The notes below the pieces were generated by a model. The model searched no databases and had not been told where the DNA came from. It was given only the letters and a program-made list of their open reading frames with translations. 64,000 nucleotides of DNA, taken from positions 2,534 through 66,533 of the forward strand of contig JAYUZR010000035.1 of the NCBI GenBank assembly GCA_043751595.1, read 5' to 3'. The translations under genes and the position numbers were made by a program. This document shows positions 52,713 through 63,300 of the stretch, piece by piece; position 1 is the stretch's first letter, and every line of letters begins with the position of its first letter. This DNA comes from Candidatus Berkelbacteria bacterium. Lineage in GTDB: Bacteria; Patescibacteriota; UBA1384; CAILIB01.

Positions 52713-54662
52713 ATGCAAGAAAACGATCCGCTCAACTTGCAAGAGCCGATCAACCCTGATCAGCAGGGTTTTGATACTGAAGATTATCTCTCTCAACAAA
52801 ACCAAACCGTCTCAGACGGTGAGTTAAATGAGGGACTCGGCCAAGAATATATTCAACCGGCCTCTGGTATAGGTACGCAGCCCCATAAGCCTGGTAATGT
52901 GAGTGTAAATCCAGCTAATCAACCCAGGCGCTTTGGCTTATTTGGGGCACGCAAGACAAGTGATAAGGCGGATGCTCAAAAGCCGGATTCCAAGAGTAAA
53001 GATGAAAAAGTAGAGGGTCCCAAGACCGATCTTCCGGGAGCTAAGTCTGCAACGCAAGATAAAAAGAAAGAAGAAAAAGAAGGTGGGAGCGCAGTAGGAG
53101 CAGCCGGGCGTACTGCCGCAGAGATGAAAAAGATTGCTGCAACCTCCGGTGGTAACGGATGGGTGGCTGCAGGGCAATACCTAAATAAGCTTCGCACCAG
53201 CTCCCAGTTTAGAAAGGATCAGCTTAAGACAATGGGTACGGTGCGCAAAGTGCAGCTTGTGCTCCTTTGCCTTGCCTTAGTTATTCCACTTTTTGTTGGG
53301 ATGCTCTTCTTTGGTCTAGGCGGTGTAAGCGGGGACAATGTAGGGAGATTGGCGGATACCACTGGAACGGTTGGAACTGCTTCTGGGGATGGGACTTTTA
53401 ATGCAGGTGGAATATTTACTTGTGAACTACGAAGCTTCCTGGATACTATCGCCTCTCACGAAACAGGTGAGACAATGACACGCGAGCATTATGGCTGGTC
53501 TCAAAATGGCCACAAACAATTTGATGCCCTGGATCCCAAATGGGATACCGCGTTTCCACCAGGAGAATCTAGTGGAAGAAACATCGGCAGATATCAGATT
53601 GATCCTGATCCAGGAAAAGATGGAGATATCCAAGATGCCCAAGCGGGCCTAGATAAAGCCAAGATCCCCTTTAAAATCACTGGGTACAGTGCTAAGCAAC
53701 AGGATTATGTAGCATTGGGTAGGTGGTACTTTGGTACGTACAGAAAAACAAGAGGAGGAGTCAATATGCGCACTAATTATGGCCAATATGCGTCGCCTGA
53801 GTATCCTCAAAAACTACTTGAAAATGGCGAGGAGGGATTCAAAACTGCGGTCGTTATCGCATCTACAGACTTCGCTAGCACACCTGTAGTTATTCCCGCT
53901 ATCCATGCCGATCCGGGGCAGTCCCATGTAACATTTGAGGCATACTTTGCCTTCTATCAAAAGCGCCTTCAGTACTGCGGAACCCAGTCGCAAGGGGGAG
54001 CCGTCTCCAAGCCAGGTACCACCATACTTGCAGATGTTGCCGGAGCACACAGAATCCCGAATGTCCCGGGCGTTCAGCAGGCAGACAAGAGTAAGAGTAC
54101 CCGCCCAGATAAAACCGCAGGTGGTGGCCAGTGCGGAACAGCATCAACCCTAATGGTAACGCTATTCTATAAGCCAAGCTTCACCGATGGAGCCAAATTA
54201 GATACTGGCAATACAGCAGGCAGCAGCAGACTGAGCGTTAAGCCATATCAGTTTATCCCTAACCTTATTAACTATTTAAATGAAAAGTCAGGGGTTACCT
54301 GGACAATGATTGAGCAAAAACAAAAAACCAAAGCAGAGCTTCTCTCGATTATGACAAAGTCGATCGATGGCGGTGATCCCATGATCGTATACACCGGAGC
54401 GATTATTTACCCTATGGCACACATCTATGTTGTAATGGGCTATGACGCAACAAGTTTTTATGTAAATAATCCGCACCCTGGTGGGGTAGATATGGCCACA
54501 AATAAAGCTCACAATGGTGCTGCGCCAACTATCGATACCGTACTGAGTGCAGGTGCCAAAGACGCAAACCCCGTAGAATACGCAAAGTACAACTACCGTA
54601 ATGCAGAGCATGGTAGCCATAATAATAATTTCCTTATTGTCCGCTCTAAGTACGTAAAGTAA
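52713..54662 (+). CDS. T4SS-associated cell-wall hydrolase (CwlT/VirB1-like): cytoplasmic K/E-rich N-terminus, TM, lysozyme-like domain, C-terminal CHAP-like Cys/His peptidase
   Basis: TM helix VQLVLLCLALVIPLFVGMLFFGL. Muramidase-like region IASHETGETMTREHYGW...GRYQIDP. CHAP-like region GGGQCGTASTLMV and MAHIYVVMGYD. Confidence 0.45.
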   Translation: MQENDPLNLQEPINPDQQGFDTEDYLSQQNQTVSDGELNEGLGQEYIQPASGIGTQPHKPGNVSVNPANQPRRFGLFGARKTSDKADAQKPDSKSKDEKVEGPKTDLPGAKSATQDKKKEEKEGGSAVGAAGRTAAEMKKIAATSGGNGWVAAGQYLNKLRTSSQFRKDQLKTMGTVRKVQLVLLCLALVIPLFVGMLFFGLGGVSGDNVGRLADTTGTVGTASGDGTFNAGGIFTCELRSFLDTIASHETGETMTREHYGWSQNGHKQFDALDPKWDTAFPPGESSGRNIGRYQIDPDPGKDGDIQDAQAGLDKAKIPFKITGYSAKQQDYVALGRWYFGTYRKTRGGVNMRTNYGQYASPEYPQKLLENGEEGFKTAVVIASTDFASTPVVIPAIHADPGQSHVTFEAYFAFYQKRLQYCGTQSQGGAVSKPGTTILADVAGAHRIPNVPGVQQADKSKSTRPDKTAGGGQCGTASTLMVTLFYKPSFTDGAKLDTGNTAGSSRLSVKPYQFIPNLINYLNEKSGVTWTMIEQKQKTKAELLSIMTKSIDGGDPMIVYTGAIIYPMAHIYVVMGYDATSFYVNNPHPGGVDMATNKAHNGAAPTIDTVLSAGAKDANPVEYAKYNYRNAEHGSHNNNFLIVRSKYVK

Positions 54663-54964
54663 TGCCCTCTCCAACCCCTTGTCCTAACCCAGGAGTCCTT
54701 ACCAACTGCTCTCAGAGCACGCTACAGGGGTATGCTCAGGCTATTATCAACGATAATATCGGATACATTTTTACGATTGCTTTAATCATGATCATCTACT
54801 CAGGGGTTGAGTATATGTACTCCGGTTTCTCTCCTGATAAACAAAAATCTGCCAAGCAGCGCATCATTGGTATTATTACCGGACTTGTATTCTTCCTCTT
54901 GCTTCAGGTAATCCTCAATCAGATTACCGATATTAAGGGCCTTCCCACCGTTAGAAGTCATTAA
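54662..54964 (+). CDS. T4SS pilin-like protein (VirB2/TrbC-type), paralog 8, inside the T4SS-like operon
   Basis: Core IIYSGVEYMYSGFSPDKQKSAKQRIIGIITGLVFFLLL. Its ATG overlaps the upstream stop. Confidence 0.5.
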   Translation: MPSPTPCPNPGVLTNCSQSTLQGYAQAIINDNIGYIFTIALIMIIYSGVEYMYSGFSPDKQKSAKQRIIGIITGLVFFLLLQVILNQITDIKGLPTVRSH

Positions 54965-54966
54965 TT

Positions 54967-56304
54967 ATGGCCGAATTACCTGAGCAGGCACCAGTTCCGG
55001 CTATCCCACCTCCCCATCCTTTTAGCACACCACCATCGTTTGCTCAGGCGCCTAGGCAGGGTATCCGAGGAAGGCTTGATTCTATTCTCGAGCGTGTCCC
55101 GCGCCAGACCTGGCTTGGCCTTGGGGTACTAGCCGGGGTTCTCATTATTGGGGCCATTATCCTTCTCGCTTATGCAGCAAACAGGGGAGGAATCTTAGTA
55201 AAATCAGCCGCAGATCAGCCGCTTACTATCCAACTAAACGGCGCCACTACCAAACCTACCAAGCAAGGTACTGATTACTTCTTGCGCACGTATACCGGCC
55301 GATACAATGTAGTAGTTAAGCGAGATGGCTACGAGCCATATTCCCAAGATATTACCGTGGGTAGCAAACAGACAGTAGTTATTCGCCCCATCTTTAGCCT
55401 TTTGCCACCCGAAGGAAGTGCCGACCCAATAGTTTCGGTAGACCACGTACGGGCAGATCCCGCCAACAATAAGCTCTTCTTTGTGGGAGATAGGAAAAGT
55501 GGTCTCTACGAACTACCTCTGGCAACCCGCATTCCTCGCAAAATTAGTACCAAGGCAATGCCTGGTATCTATGATATTGAGTGGTCTAAAGATCCTAATG
55601 TAGCCATTATTCTTGCTAACCAGGGGACATTCCTGCAAGAGATTCCAACCTTCGATTTTCAGAATCAGCTTACCGCCCAGATCTCTGGACCAGAGGTAGA
55701 AAGCGCTGCTTGGGATCCTAATGACCAGAGTAGATTAGCGGTAAGTATTACTCGCACCAATGGCGAACACTCACTTATTTTTACCGATAAAAAGCTAGTA
55801 AAGCTGGACCGCAAGGCCGATCTTACCGGCATCGAGAATCCGCACCTTACCTGGAGCGCCGATTCGCGGGTAATCCTTTTGGTTAGTCGCAGCAAGGACC
55901 CTAACCAGAACAATATCTGGAAGTACACCACAGCAGATGGAACCCTGAGCCAAGTAACCACCGATGGTGCGTGGGGTGGGGTAGAGATTTCTCCCAATGG
56001 CGATAAAGTGATCGCCGAACAGGATGGCAAACTTTACGCGCTTTCACTTAGTGACGGTAGTAAAACCGATATAAAGATTGTTGGTAACACCCGCCTTATT
56101 GCTTGGCGCGATAACGATAGTTTCTTTGTGCCAGACGTGGGCCGCAACAGGTTACTTTTAGCAAATCTTGATGGCACCAGAATCGAACTTTCCTTCAGCT
56201 TTACCAACCCGCACGAGATTCAAGGTCTATTGTACTTCCCAGAGCAGAAAATGATTGTTTTCTATACTTCCAGGGCCTTATACACCCTGTCGGTGGGTGT
56301 ATAA
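54967..56304 (+). CDS. Membrane-anchored TolB-like beta-propeller (PD40/WD40-like repeat) protein
   Basis: Pro-rich cytoplasmic N-terminus, a TM (LGLGVLAGVLIIGAIILLAY), then repeats with SPNGDKV, SADSRVI and DGT motifs. Confidence 0.45.
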   Translation: MAELPEQAPVPAIPPPHPFSTPPSFAQAPRQGIRGRLDSILERVPRQTWLGLGVLAGVLIIGAIILLAYAANRGGILVKSAADQPLTIQLNGATTKPTKQGTDYFLRTYTGRYNVVVKRDGYEPYSQDITVGSKQTVVIRPIFSLLPPEGSADPIVSVDHVRADPANNKLFFVGDRKSGLYELPLATRIPRKISTKAMPGIYDIEWSKDPNVAIILANQGTFLQEIPTFDFQNQLTAQISGPEVESAAWDPNDQSRLAVSITRTNGEHSLIFTDKKLVKLDRKADLTGIENPHLTWSADSRVILLVSRSKDPNQNNIWKYTTADGTLSQVTTDGAWGGVEISPNGDKVIAEQDGKLYALSLSDGSKTDIKIVGNTRLIAWRDNDSFFVPDVGRNRLLLANLDGTRIELSFSFTNPHEIQGLLYFPEQKMIVFYTSRALYTLSVGV

Positions 56305-56311
56305 TAAATCC

Positions 56312-57355
56312 ATGGCTGACTCCAGAAATACCACCATCCTCCTGACTGGAGCCATTGCTACCGTTTTTTTGATGAGCTTCCTGGCATCAGCAAGTATTGC
56401 TGGCACCAGAATCGGCTCCAGTAGCTCGCAGAGTGACGGCCCCAACCAGTTGGGTGCCACCAACACCAGCGCAGCTGTCCCTACCGATCCCCGCATCGCC
56501 AGCCTTACTCAGGCAATCACTCGCTTGGCAGACCCTAAAGCAACAGCTGCCGATAAAGCCTCTTCACTTACCTCAACCTCCAATAGCCTACTCGAGTTAA
56601 AAAAAGGTCTTGCTACTAATACAAAACTGACTCAAGAAAAAAAGACTGAGTACGGCACTAAAATTGATGAAGCCCTCACCCTGGTAAACCAGGCAAGTGC
56701 AGCTGCCAAGGCTGGTAATGGGGGAGCACAGTCTGCTGAGATCATGAAAAAGCTTCTCGCCAAGCTTGATGAACTCCCCGATAAAGACCGCAAGGCAATT
56801 TATGGAATTGAAACTGGTGGTGCCGCTGCGGCAGTAGCCTTTGCTATTGCGGCCGTAAATGCCAACGGCAATGGAGCCGCTGGTGGTATTTACCCTTACT
56901 CACACACTCGCCCTATCAACCCAACAGCATCCAACCCAGCCCAACGCGGCTTCGATTGCTCTGGCTTTGTGGGTTGGGTATTAAGCTCAGTCGGAGTTAT
57001 CACCCTCACCAATGGCCAGGTAGATACTCAGTTACTCTACGATAAAGCGGAGGCTGGCAAAGAGATAACTTCAGTACGTAAGGGCAAGCTCAGCTATTCT
57101 GATGCTCAGAATATGTACAAGTCTGGAGAGCTTAAACCTGGTGATATTCTCTTGAGTGGAATGTATAAGGGGCAGCGGGTTGAAGGAGTTTCTCACGTTG
57201 TACTCTTTTTGGGTGAAGTTGATGGAAAATTAATGGTGGCTGAATCTCAAGACCGAGACGGCAAACACGGCGTTCACTTTACTACCCTAGAAACACGCCT
57301 AAGTGGCGGAAGAGCTGGTGTAAGCCTACTAGCTAGACCCAACTATGCTGGATAA
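56312..57355 (+). CDS. NlpC/P60 family cell-wall peptidase, membrane-anchored
   Basis: TM near the N-terminus. Catalytic GFDCSGFVGWV (Cys) and VSHVVLFLG (His). Confidence 0.65.
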   Translation: MADSRNTTILLTGAIATVFLMSFLASASIAGTRIGSSSSQSDGPNQLGATNTSAAVPTDPRIASLTQAITRLADPKATAADKASSLTSTSNSLLELKKGLATNTKLTQEKKTEYGTKIDEALTLVNQASAAAKAGNGGAQSAEIMKKLLAKLDELPDKDRKAIYGIETGGAAAAVAFAIAAVNANGNGAAGGIYPYSHTRPINPTASNPAQRGFDCSGFVGWVLSSVGVITLTNGQVDTQLLYDKAEAGKEITSVRKGKLSYSDAQNMYKSGELKPGDILLSGMYKGQRVEGVSHVVLFLGEVDGKLMVAESQDRDGKHGVHFTTLETRLSGGRAGVSLLARPNYAG

Positions 57356-60300
57356 CCTGCGTAGTCGCCTAGTCGGGTTATCGTTAGCTGCACTTCTTAT
57401 TCAGCCAATTTTCCCATTGGTGGCGCAGGCAGCAGATGAGCAGACCGCAGCACAAACCATTCGTACCTGTTCAGAGCAAGTTGCAGACTACTACGAACGT
57501 GGCATTGATCCCGAGGGACTAGGGGAAGCTGTAGATACTGTGGCCTTTGAAGCTAATGATCCAGATAATCCACCAACCCCCGAGGAGTTGGCCGAGTACG
57601 AAGACTTCCAGAACATTACCGAGTTTGATAACGGTGAGGGAGTTAACGTCTTCAACCAAATTATCGACCTAAACGTTGTAAAAAATACCCCTGGTGCCCT
57701 CCCTGAAACCATCTCCCTCATCACCAGCGACGAATACGTAGCCAGCGTCATTGCCCTCTATGGTGACAATATTACTCACTACAAAACCAGTTTCTACGAT
57801 CTTATTGTGGTCTGTAAGGCATCGAGCGCGGTAATTGATGAAAGAATCTTCGACCCTTACGTTCCGATCACTCCAGACTTCTTAAGCCTGAGCGAGGCCA
57901 TCCAGCTTTCTTCTGCCAAGATTGCCTTTGCCCGAGCAGAGGATAAATACTACCTCCTAGGAGAACACTGCGAAGGTGGCCTTATTAGTACGCCAGCTAG
58001 CCAGTGGACCGCCGACACCAACCCCTGCCCAGGTTTTAAGCCAGAGGACGATATTATCCGAACCGGAAAATCACTAGGTAGATGGGATGCGCCCAAGGTC
58101 GATCCGCGTGTTCTCTATACCCTTCTCTACTTAGTTACTCCAACCGAAGAAGGTGGCGCTGGTCGTGAGTACATTAAAGTAGCTCGCTTAGTAGACCCCA
58201 TTTCAAGCAATATTCTTACCAACGCCGTTGCCAGCCCTTCGCCAGAAGCTAGTCCTTCTCCATCTCCTTCCGCCAGCCCTTCGCCATCCGCCTCGCCCAG
58301 CGACGAGCTAAAGTTTTCTAAAAGTAGTCAAGATGATACCGCCAAACAACCCGATCTTACTGGGTATCAAATTAATCCGGACGATGAACCTCACTTACCT
58401 ACCAAGGTAGCCAGCGCGGTTTCTATTAGTGAGATTGATAAAATCCGCTCGACTATTAAGATCACCAAGTATATTGGTATTTTTAGAAAGAAGTCGCGCG
58501 AGTATAACTACTACGCCCCATACCCAGTAAAGGTAGCCTGGCAAACTGAGGCTGGCTCGGCTGCTCAATCTATCCCAACCTTTGCCCAACCCCAGCTCAA
58601 CCTTTTGGCTAATGGCCGCTTCTTGGCGAACCAAGGCATCGTTGAGATGCTCAACCAGAACGGACTTGGCGATCTTAAGCTTGATGCCAATAGTGTAGAA
58701 ATTAATTCCTTTGAGGACGTTGGTCGCTTGGTGGGAACGTCGCTAATCGAGCAATTACTAGGCACCCCTAATAACTCACTCAAGGGCTGGGATCTTACCT
58801 CTACCCTCGAGCAAATTGGTCGTGCTTACGCTGAGCAGCAAATCGGCCTTACCGCCGGGTCATTAGCAGAGGGTGACGATTTCCAGTCACTGGTTCGAAA
58901 TATTGGCCGTAGAACGATCGAGAAAAACTTAAACCTACCAGAACGCTCCTTGGCCGATGCCGGTGGGGATTCTTCGGTGTTACTTGAGAACCTTGGTAAG
59001 CGCTGGCTAGAGACCGAAGTACTTAAAATTAGCCCCGGATCCCTCGACGGTACTTCCGAGTTTCCAACCACCAAGGTCTCAGACCTCTTAGCCAGGGTGG
59101 GCGAGGGAAGAATAGAGGCGGTTATGAAGCTCCCGCGCCAGAGTATGCGCAAGAAGATCTACAGCGATAGTGATCCACAAAAAAGCTTACGCGATAGCAG
59201 TGTTAAGGCTCGCCTTACCTTCCCAGATGTTAAAGGGAGTCCTAAAGACGAAGATTATCTAACCGCCGATTATCTTAACTCGCTCCTAAGCCTTTCCTAC
59301 GTTGAATACAACGGTAGCGGGGCAAATATGTACGGCTTCACCAAAAATGACCTGCGTGACGCGGTTATTAACTTCTTTAAGGCTGGCAGCAACCAGAATG
59401 CCGTTGATACTTTTAAGCAGATTGTAGGAAGTAGAGTACTCGAGACATCGCTTGGAAGCTTCCAGTTGGGTGGAACGAGCACTCCAGTAACGAAGGAAAA
59501 GAAGCGTACGGTTGATATTACCAATTTAGGGCTTTTCACTTATGCAAAGGAGAAGGATGATAAGGGTAATCCTATCGCTTACGATTCCAACACCAAGTTC
59601 TATCCGTATTCTTGGTATCAAAAAATCCCATTTGGCGATCACGATACATTGGGCCAAGGAACACTTTGCGGCGCACTAGGGGAAGAGCCTTCAAACGATA
59701 GACTTCAGTTTGAAACCCCTGGAGGTGACAAATATACCGTGAAGTGTAATGAGCGAGATGAAGTAGCAAGTGATACCGCAGATACCAGCTTCTTTAAAGA
59801 TTTGCAGGAGTATCTTCTTTCGCCAGATCTTGTTACTCAAACCGAGTTTAGACCAGATGAAAGCATTCATAAGGCACCAGTATATGCCGACTACCTTAAG
59901 GCAACTCCCGATAACGAATCCTTCGCCAAGCGCAGGTACAACCACGACTACGTTGCCTACATTAATGACCCAAGGCTCAATGTTGCCGTACCTCGCAACG
60001 GAGTAACTGGCGCAGATAGAGCAAGTCTTAGCGCCAAGCCAGTTGCCAGCGCAAGCGATCTCAAGCCAGACGATGCCGCTGGCCTCGCGGCACTTTCTGC
60101 TATCGCACCAATTTCTAGTGCACGAGCCTTTATTAATCAGACTCCTGAGTTAGCTAATAGCGCGCCACTCCAGGCAACGCTTAATATGATTAGCGCACTC
60201 TATAGTACGCAGCAGTCGGTTGTGGTTAATGGGAAAACCGTTCCTCTCTTTGATCTCACCCCCGTAATGAATCAAGCAGGGGAAGAGCTACAGTATTCGC

Positions 60301-63300
60301 TTGCACTTCGCCTTAACGCCCTTCGTGCCCACCCAAGCTATAACGGAAACAAAGAGCAGTACCTTAGGGAGTATAATGATATTTCTATACCTACCGCCAC
60401 TTCCAGCAACCCGTATAAGGGCTGGGATTTCCTATTAAGCGATCTTAAGGGCCAAGTAGCCTGCTTCCAGCGAAGTGGAGTTTGGCAGTATTCAGATGCC
60501 GCCCAAGGATTTGGCTGCGTTGCTGGTACAACTAAAAAGGTTATTAGCGCCGATGCCTCAACCGCATCCAACCAGGTAATCACCTACATCGATCGCCTTC
60601 GCGAGCAGGTTACCAGTCTTTCCGATGCCCTAAGTTTTATGCTGGGAACTGGCGGCAACTGCCAGGGTGATGATGCCTCGAGTGAAGAGCTTTGTGGTCA
60701 GAGTGGAGCCAGTCAGGCAGTGGAGATTTACGGCTCCCTATACGAAACCGATGATAATGGAAGGATCGATACCGCTAAAATTGCTTACTCCAAAGACCCA
60801 CTGCGTGATTTGTTTATGCCTGTCATCAAAAAGCAGAATGGCAAAGCTAAAGGAGTAGACCGTGGAGCTGTAGTACAAATTAACGGGGCTGTTACCAACG
60901 GAAGTATCAACACTGCACTCGTGGCGAGCACCCAAAAATCGTACTGGAAACAAATTGGCCTCCAGGTAGCGAGTAAGCAATTTACCAATGGTAATAGCCA
61001 GCGCCAGACCATGGCCACCACCCTACAAACAGGGTTTGGCGACTTTACCGCTGCCCTCAAGAACCTCGGTGCCTTCTCGATGGATGATAGCAAGTTGAAG
61101 GCAGCCGGCATGACTATTGAAGACTTTGCTCGTATCTTCCAGCTTGGATTAGAGGACGATGTCTTTGAGCGATACGGCCGAGAAGAATTGCTGCGGGCCT
61201 TATGGACCAAGACCGGCGCCACGGCAAGTATTAAAAAATCGACTGAGTATCAGAGCTTCATGAAAGAGCTGAACGACGTTGCGCAAGATGTCGGCTTCTA
61301 TCGAACCCGAATTGTCCGACTGACTGCGAATGATGGCGTCGTGGCGCAACTATCAGATACCCTCAACACCTTAAGCACCAAACTTAAGGCCGATGGCAAA
61401 ATGACTGATGCCGAGTTTGATGCAATGAAGGCCGAGTACAACCAATCTCAGGCTGTTGCCGCTATTCAGCGAAGTGTCGATCCATCCCAGCGAGGTGCCC
61501 TCTCGCAACTAGAAGCAACTGCTAAGGGTTTGCAAACCGCTGGTCGCGATCACGAGCGTCCACTTCGTCGCATCTATCAACAGCTCCTCACTATTAAGAC
61601 TCGCTTCCCAACTGTGGGCACCGAGCCAAGCTATGGTGGATTGATGACAAAAGCAGAAGATCTTGCCGAAGAGGGGGTCCAGCTTGTTCAGGAAATTGCC
61701 GCCGGCAAGCAACTACCTCGTCCGGTATACGACGGAACCCTAAGTGGTGGAATTGATAAAAAAGCTGGTGGCCTAGCCGAGAAGAGTTATTCCAATAACC
61801 AGTGCTTCCCTCAGGGCAACCTGATTCAAGTATTAATGCGGGATAAGAAGCTTCTTGATACCACCAGCATTGATCAAACCGGATCTTTCAAGGCGCAACT
61901 TGCCAGCTTTGCCATCTACACCGGAGCCTGCCGGCTCGATACCGCCCTTGGCATGCCAAAGGGGAGTGTCTTTGGTTGGTATAGTCTGGGCAAAAAAGCC
62001 TTCCCACCCAAGAAAGATCTTGCCGCCAAGCCACCAATTGATCCAAACCCAACGCTCACCAACCCAGATGGAAGCCCAGCTCCTGGTGTACCTAGTTGGA
62101 AGGCTGGTGAAATGGGAACAGAAAATCTTGCCCTTGCAGCTGGTATTGGTGATGCCATCGCCAACAACGACACCACGGTTAGCTACACCAATATTCACAC
62201 CCAAAGCGCGACCAAGATTAAGGCACTAATGGACCGTGGGAAAAATGTCTTAATTGCTTCAGTAACCCTGCAACTCGCCAAGCAGTTCCCAGGAATTGAA
62301 GCTGCTCTGCGCAAAGCCAACCTTAGCCTGGACGATGTATCTCACATATTGCAGGGAGACCTGCGGCCACTGGCTCTTAAGTTGGGTGGGCCTGTTCTTG
62401 ATAAAGCGCTCGATCTCCCCAAGGGCACTGGATATGCCTTAATGTTCCCAACCTGCCGATCCGAAACCGGGGCCACAACTGCCTGTATCAACGACCCTAA
62501 CCACCCTGGAACTGACCCTGATAATATCCGCCTCCAGACCATGGCTCGGGTTGGCTTTAAAAAGATTGGGGCCCAGATTCCCGATTTCCCGGCAGACTTC
62601 GATCTACTTAGCGGAGGTAACCTAGCCGCTTCGTGGGGTACTTCTCGCATTAGTAGTGTCCTCGGCCTTGAGAGTAATAGCTTTGGCGGAGTACTTGCCA
62701 GCAAGACCAGCCTTACCACCTCACAGCTCAATACTATTTCTAGCGTCGTATCAGGCAACTGTCCAAAATCACTCGACGCAACCAGCCAGCCAAACCAATG
62801 TTCGGCCGAGGCTACTGCCAGAATTGCACAGGCGTTTAGGGTAGAAAATCCTAAAAAGTCGAATTACATCGAGTTAAGTAAGAAGCTTACAGCAAGCCTC
62901 AAGAACACCACTCCTCTAGCAAAGGGAGCGTTAGCGACTATTACTGATAGTGACCCCGTAAACCAAGCACTCGACTGGTACCTCTACCATACCAGCCTTG
63001 GTATGTTCCAAACCCAACTTGCCCCTGATCTTATTACCAAAGAAGATACCATTGCCGCAGGTAAAAATATCGCCAGCGCAGCCTACTATTATTACCTATA
63101 CGAACCCTACGTAGCACCTGCTCAAAAAGGTCTTATTTCCAGGCTCTGGGATGCCGTGGCCGATCCAAGCCTGCATGTAGGAATTGCCGATCCTAAAGAG
63201 AGAATCCGAGCTGCCCGCCGTATTATTGTTCAAAGCTTTTACTCATCCGATACCTTTAGAGACATCACCCCCGATCAACTAGATCAGGCAACACCACCAG

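Noticed and set aside
52691-57374. The exact 16-mer GCGTAGTCGCCTAGTC occurs twice in the T4SS operon, just before the hydrolase ATG at 52693..52708 and inside the giant ORF start at 57359..57374.
   Set aside because: About 0.5 exact 16-mer coincidences are expected by chance in 64 kb. The second copy is coding (LRSRLVG). Noted but not counted as a regulatory repeat without more copies.
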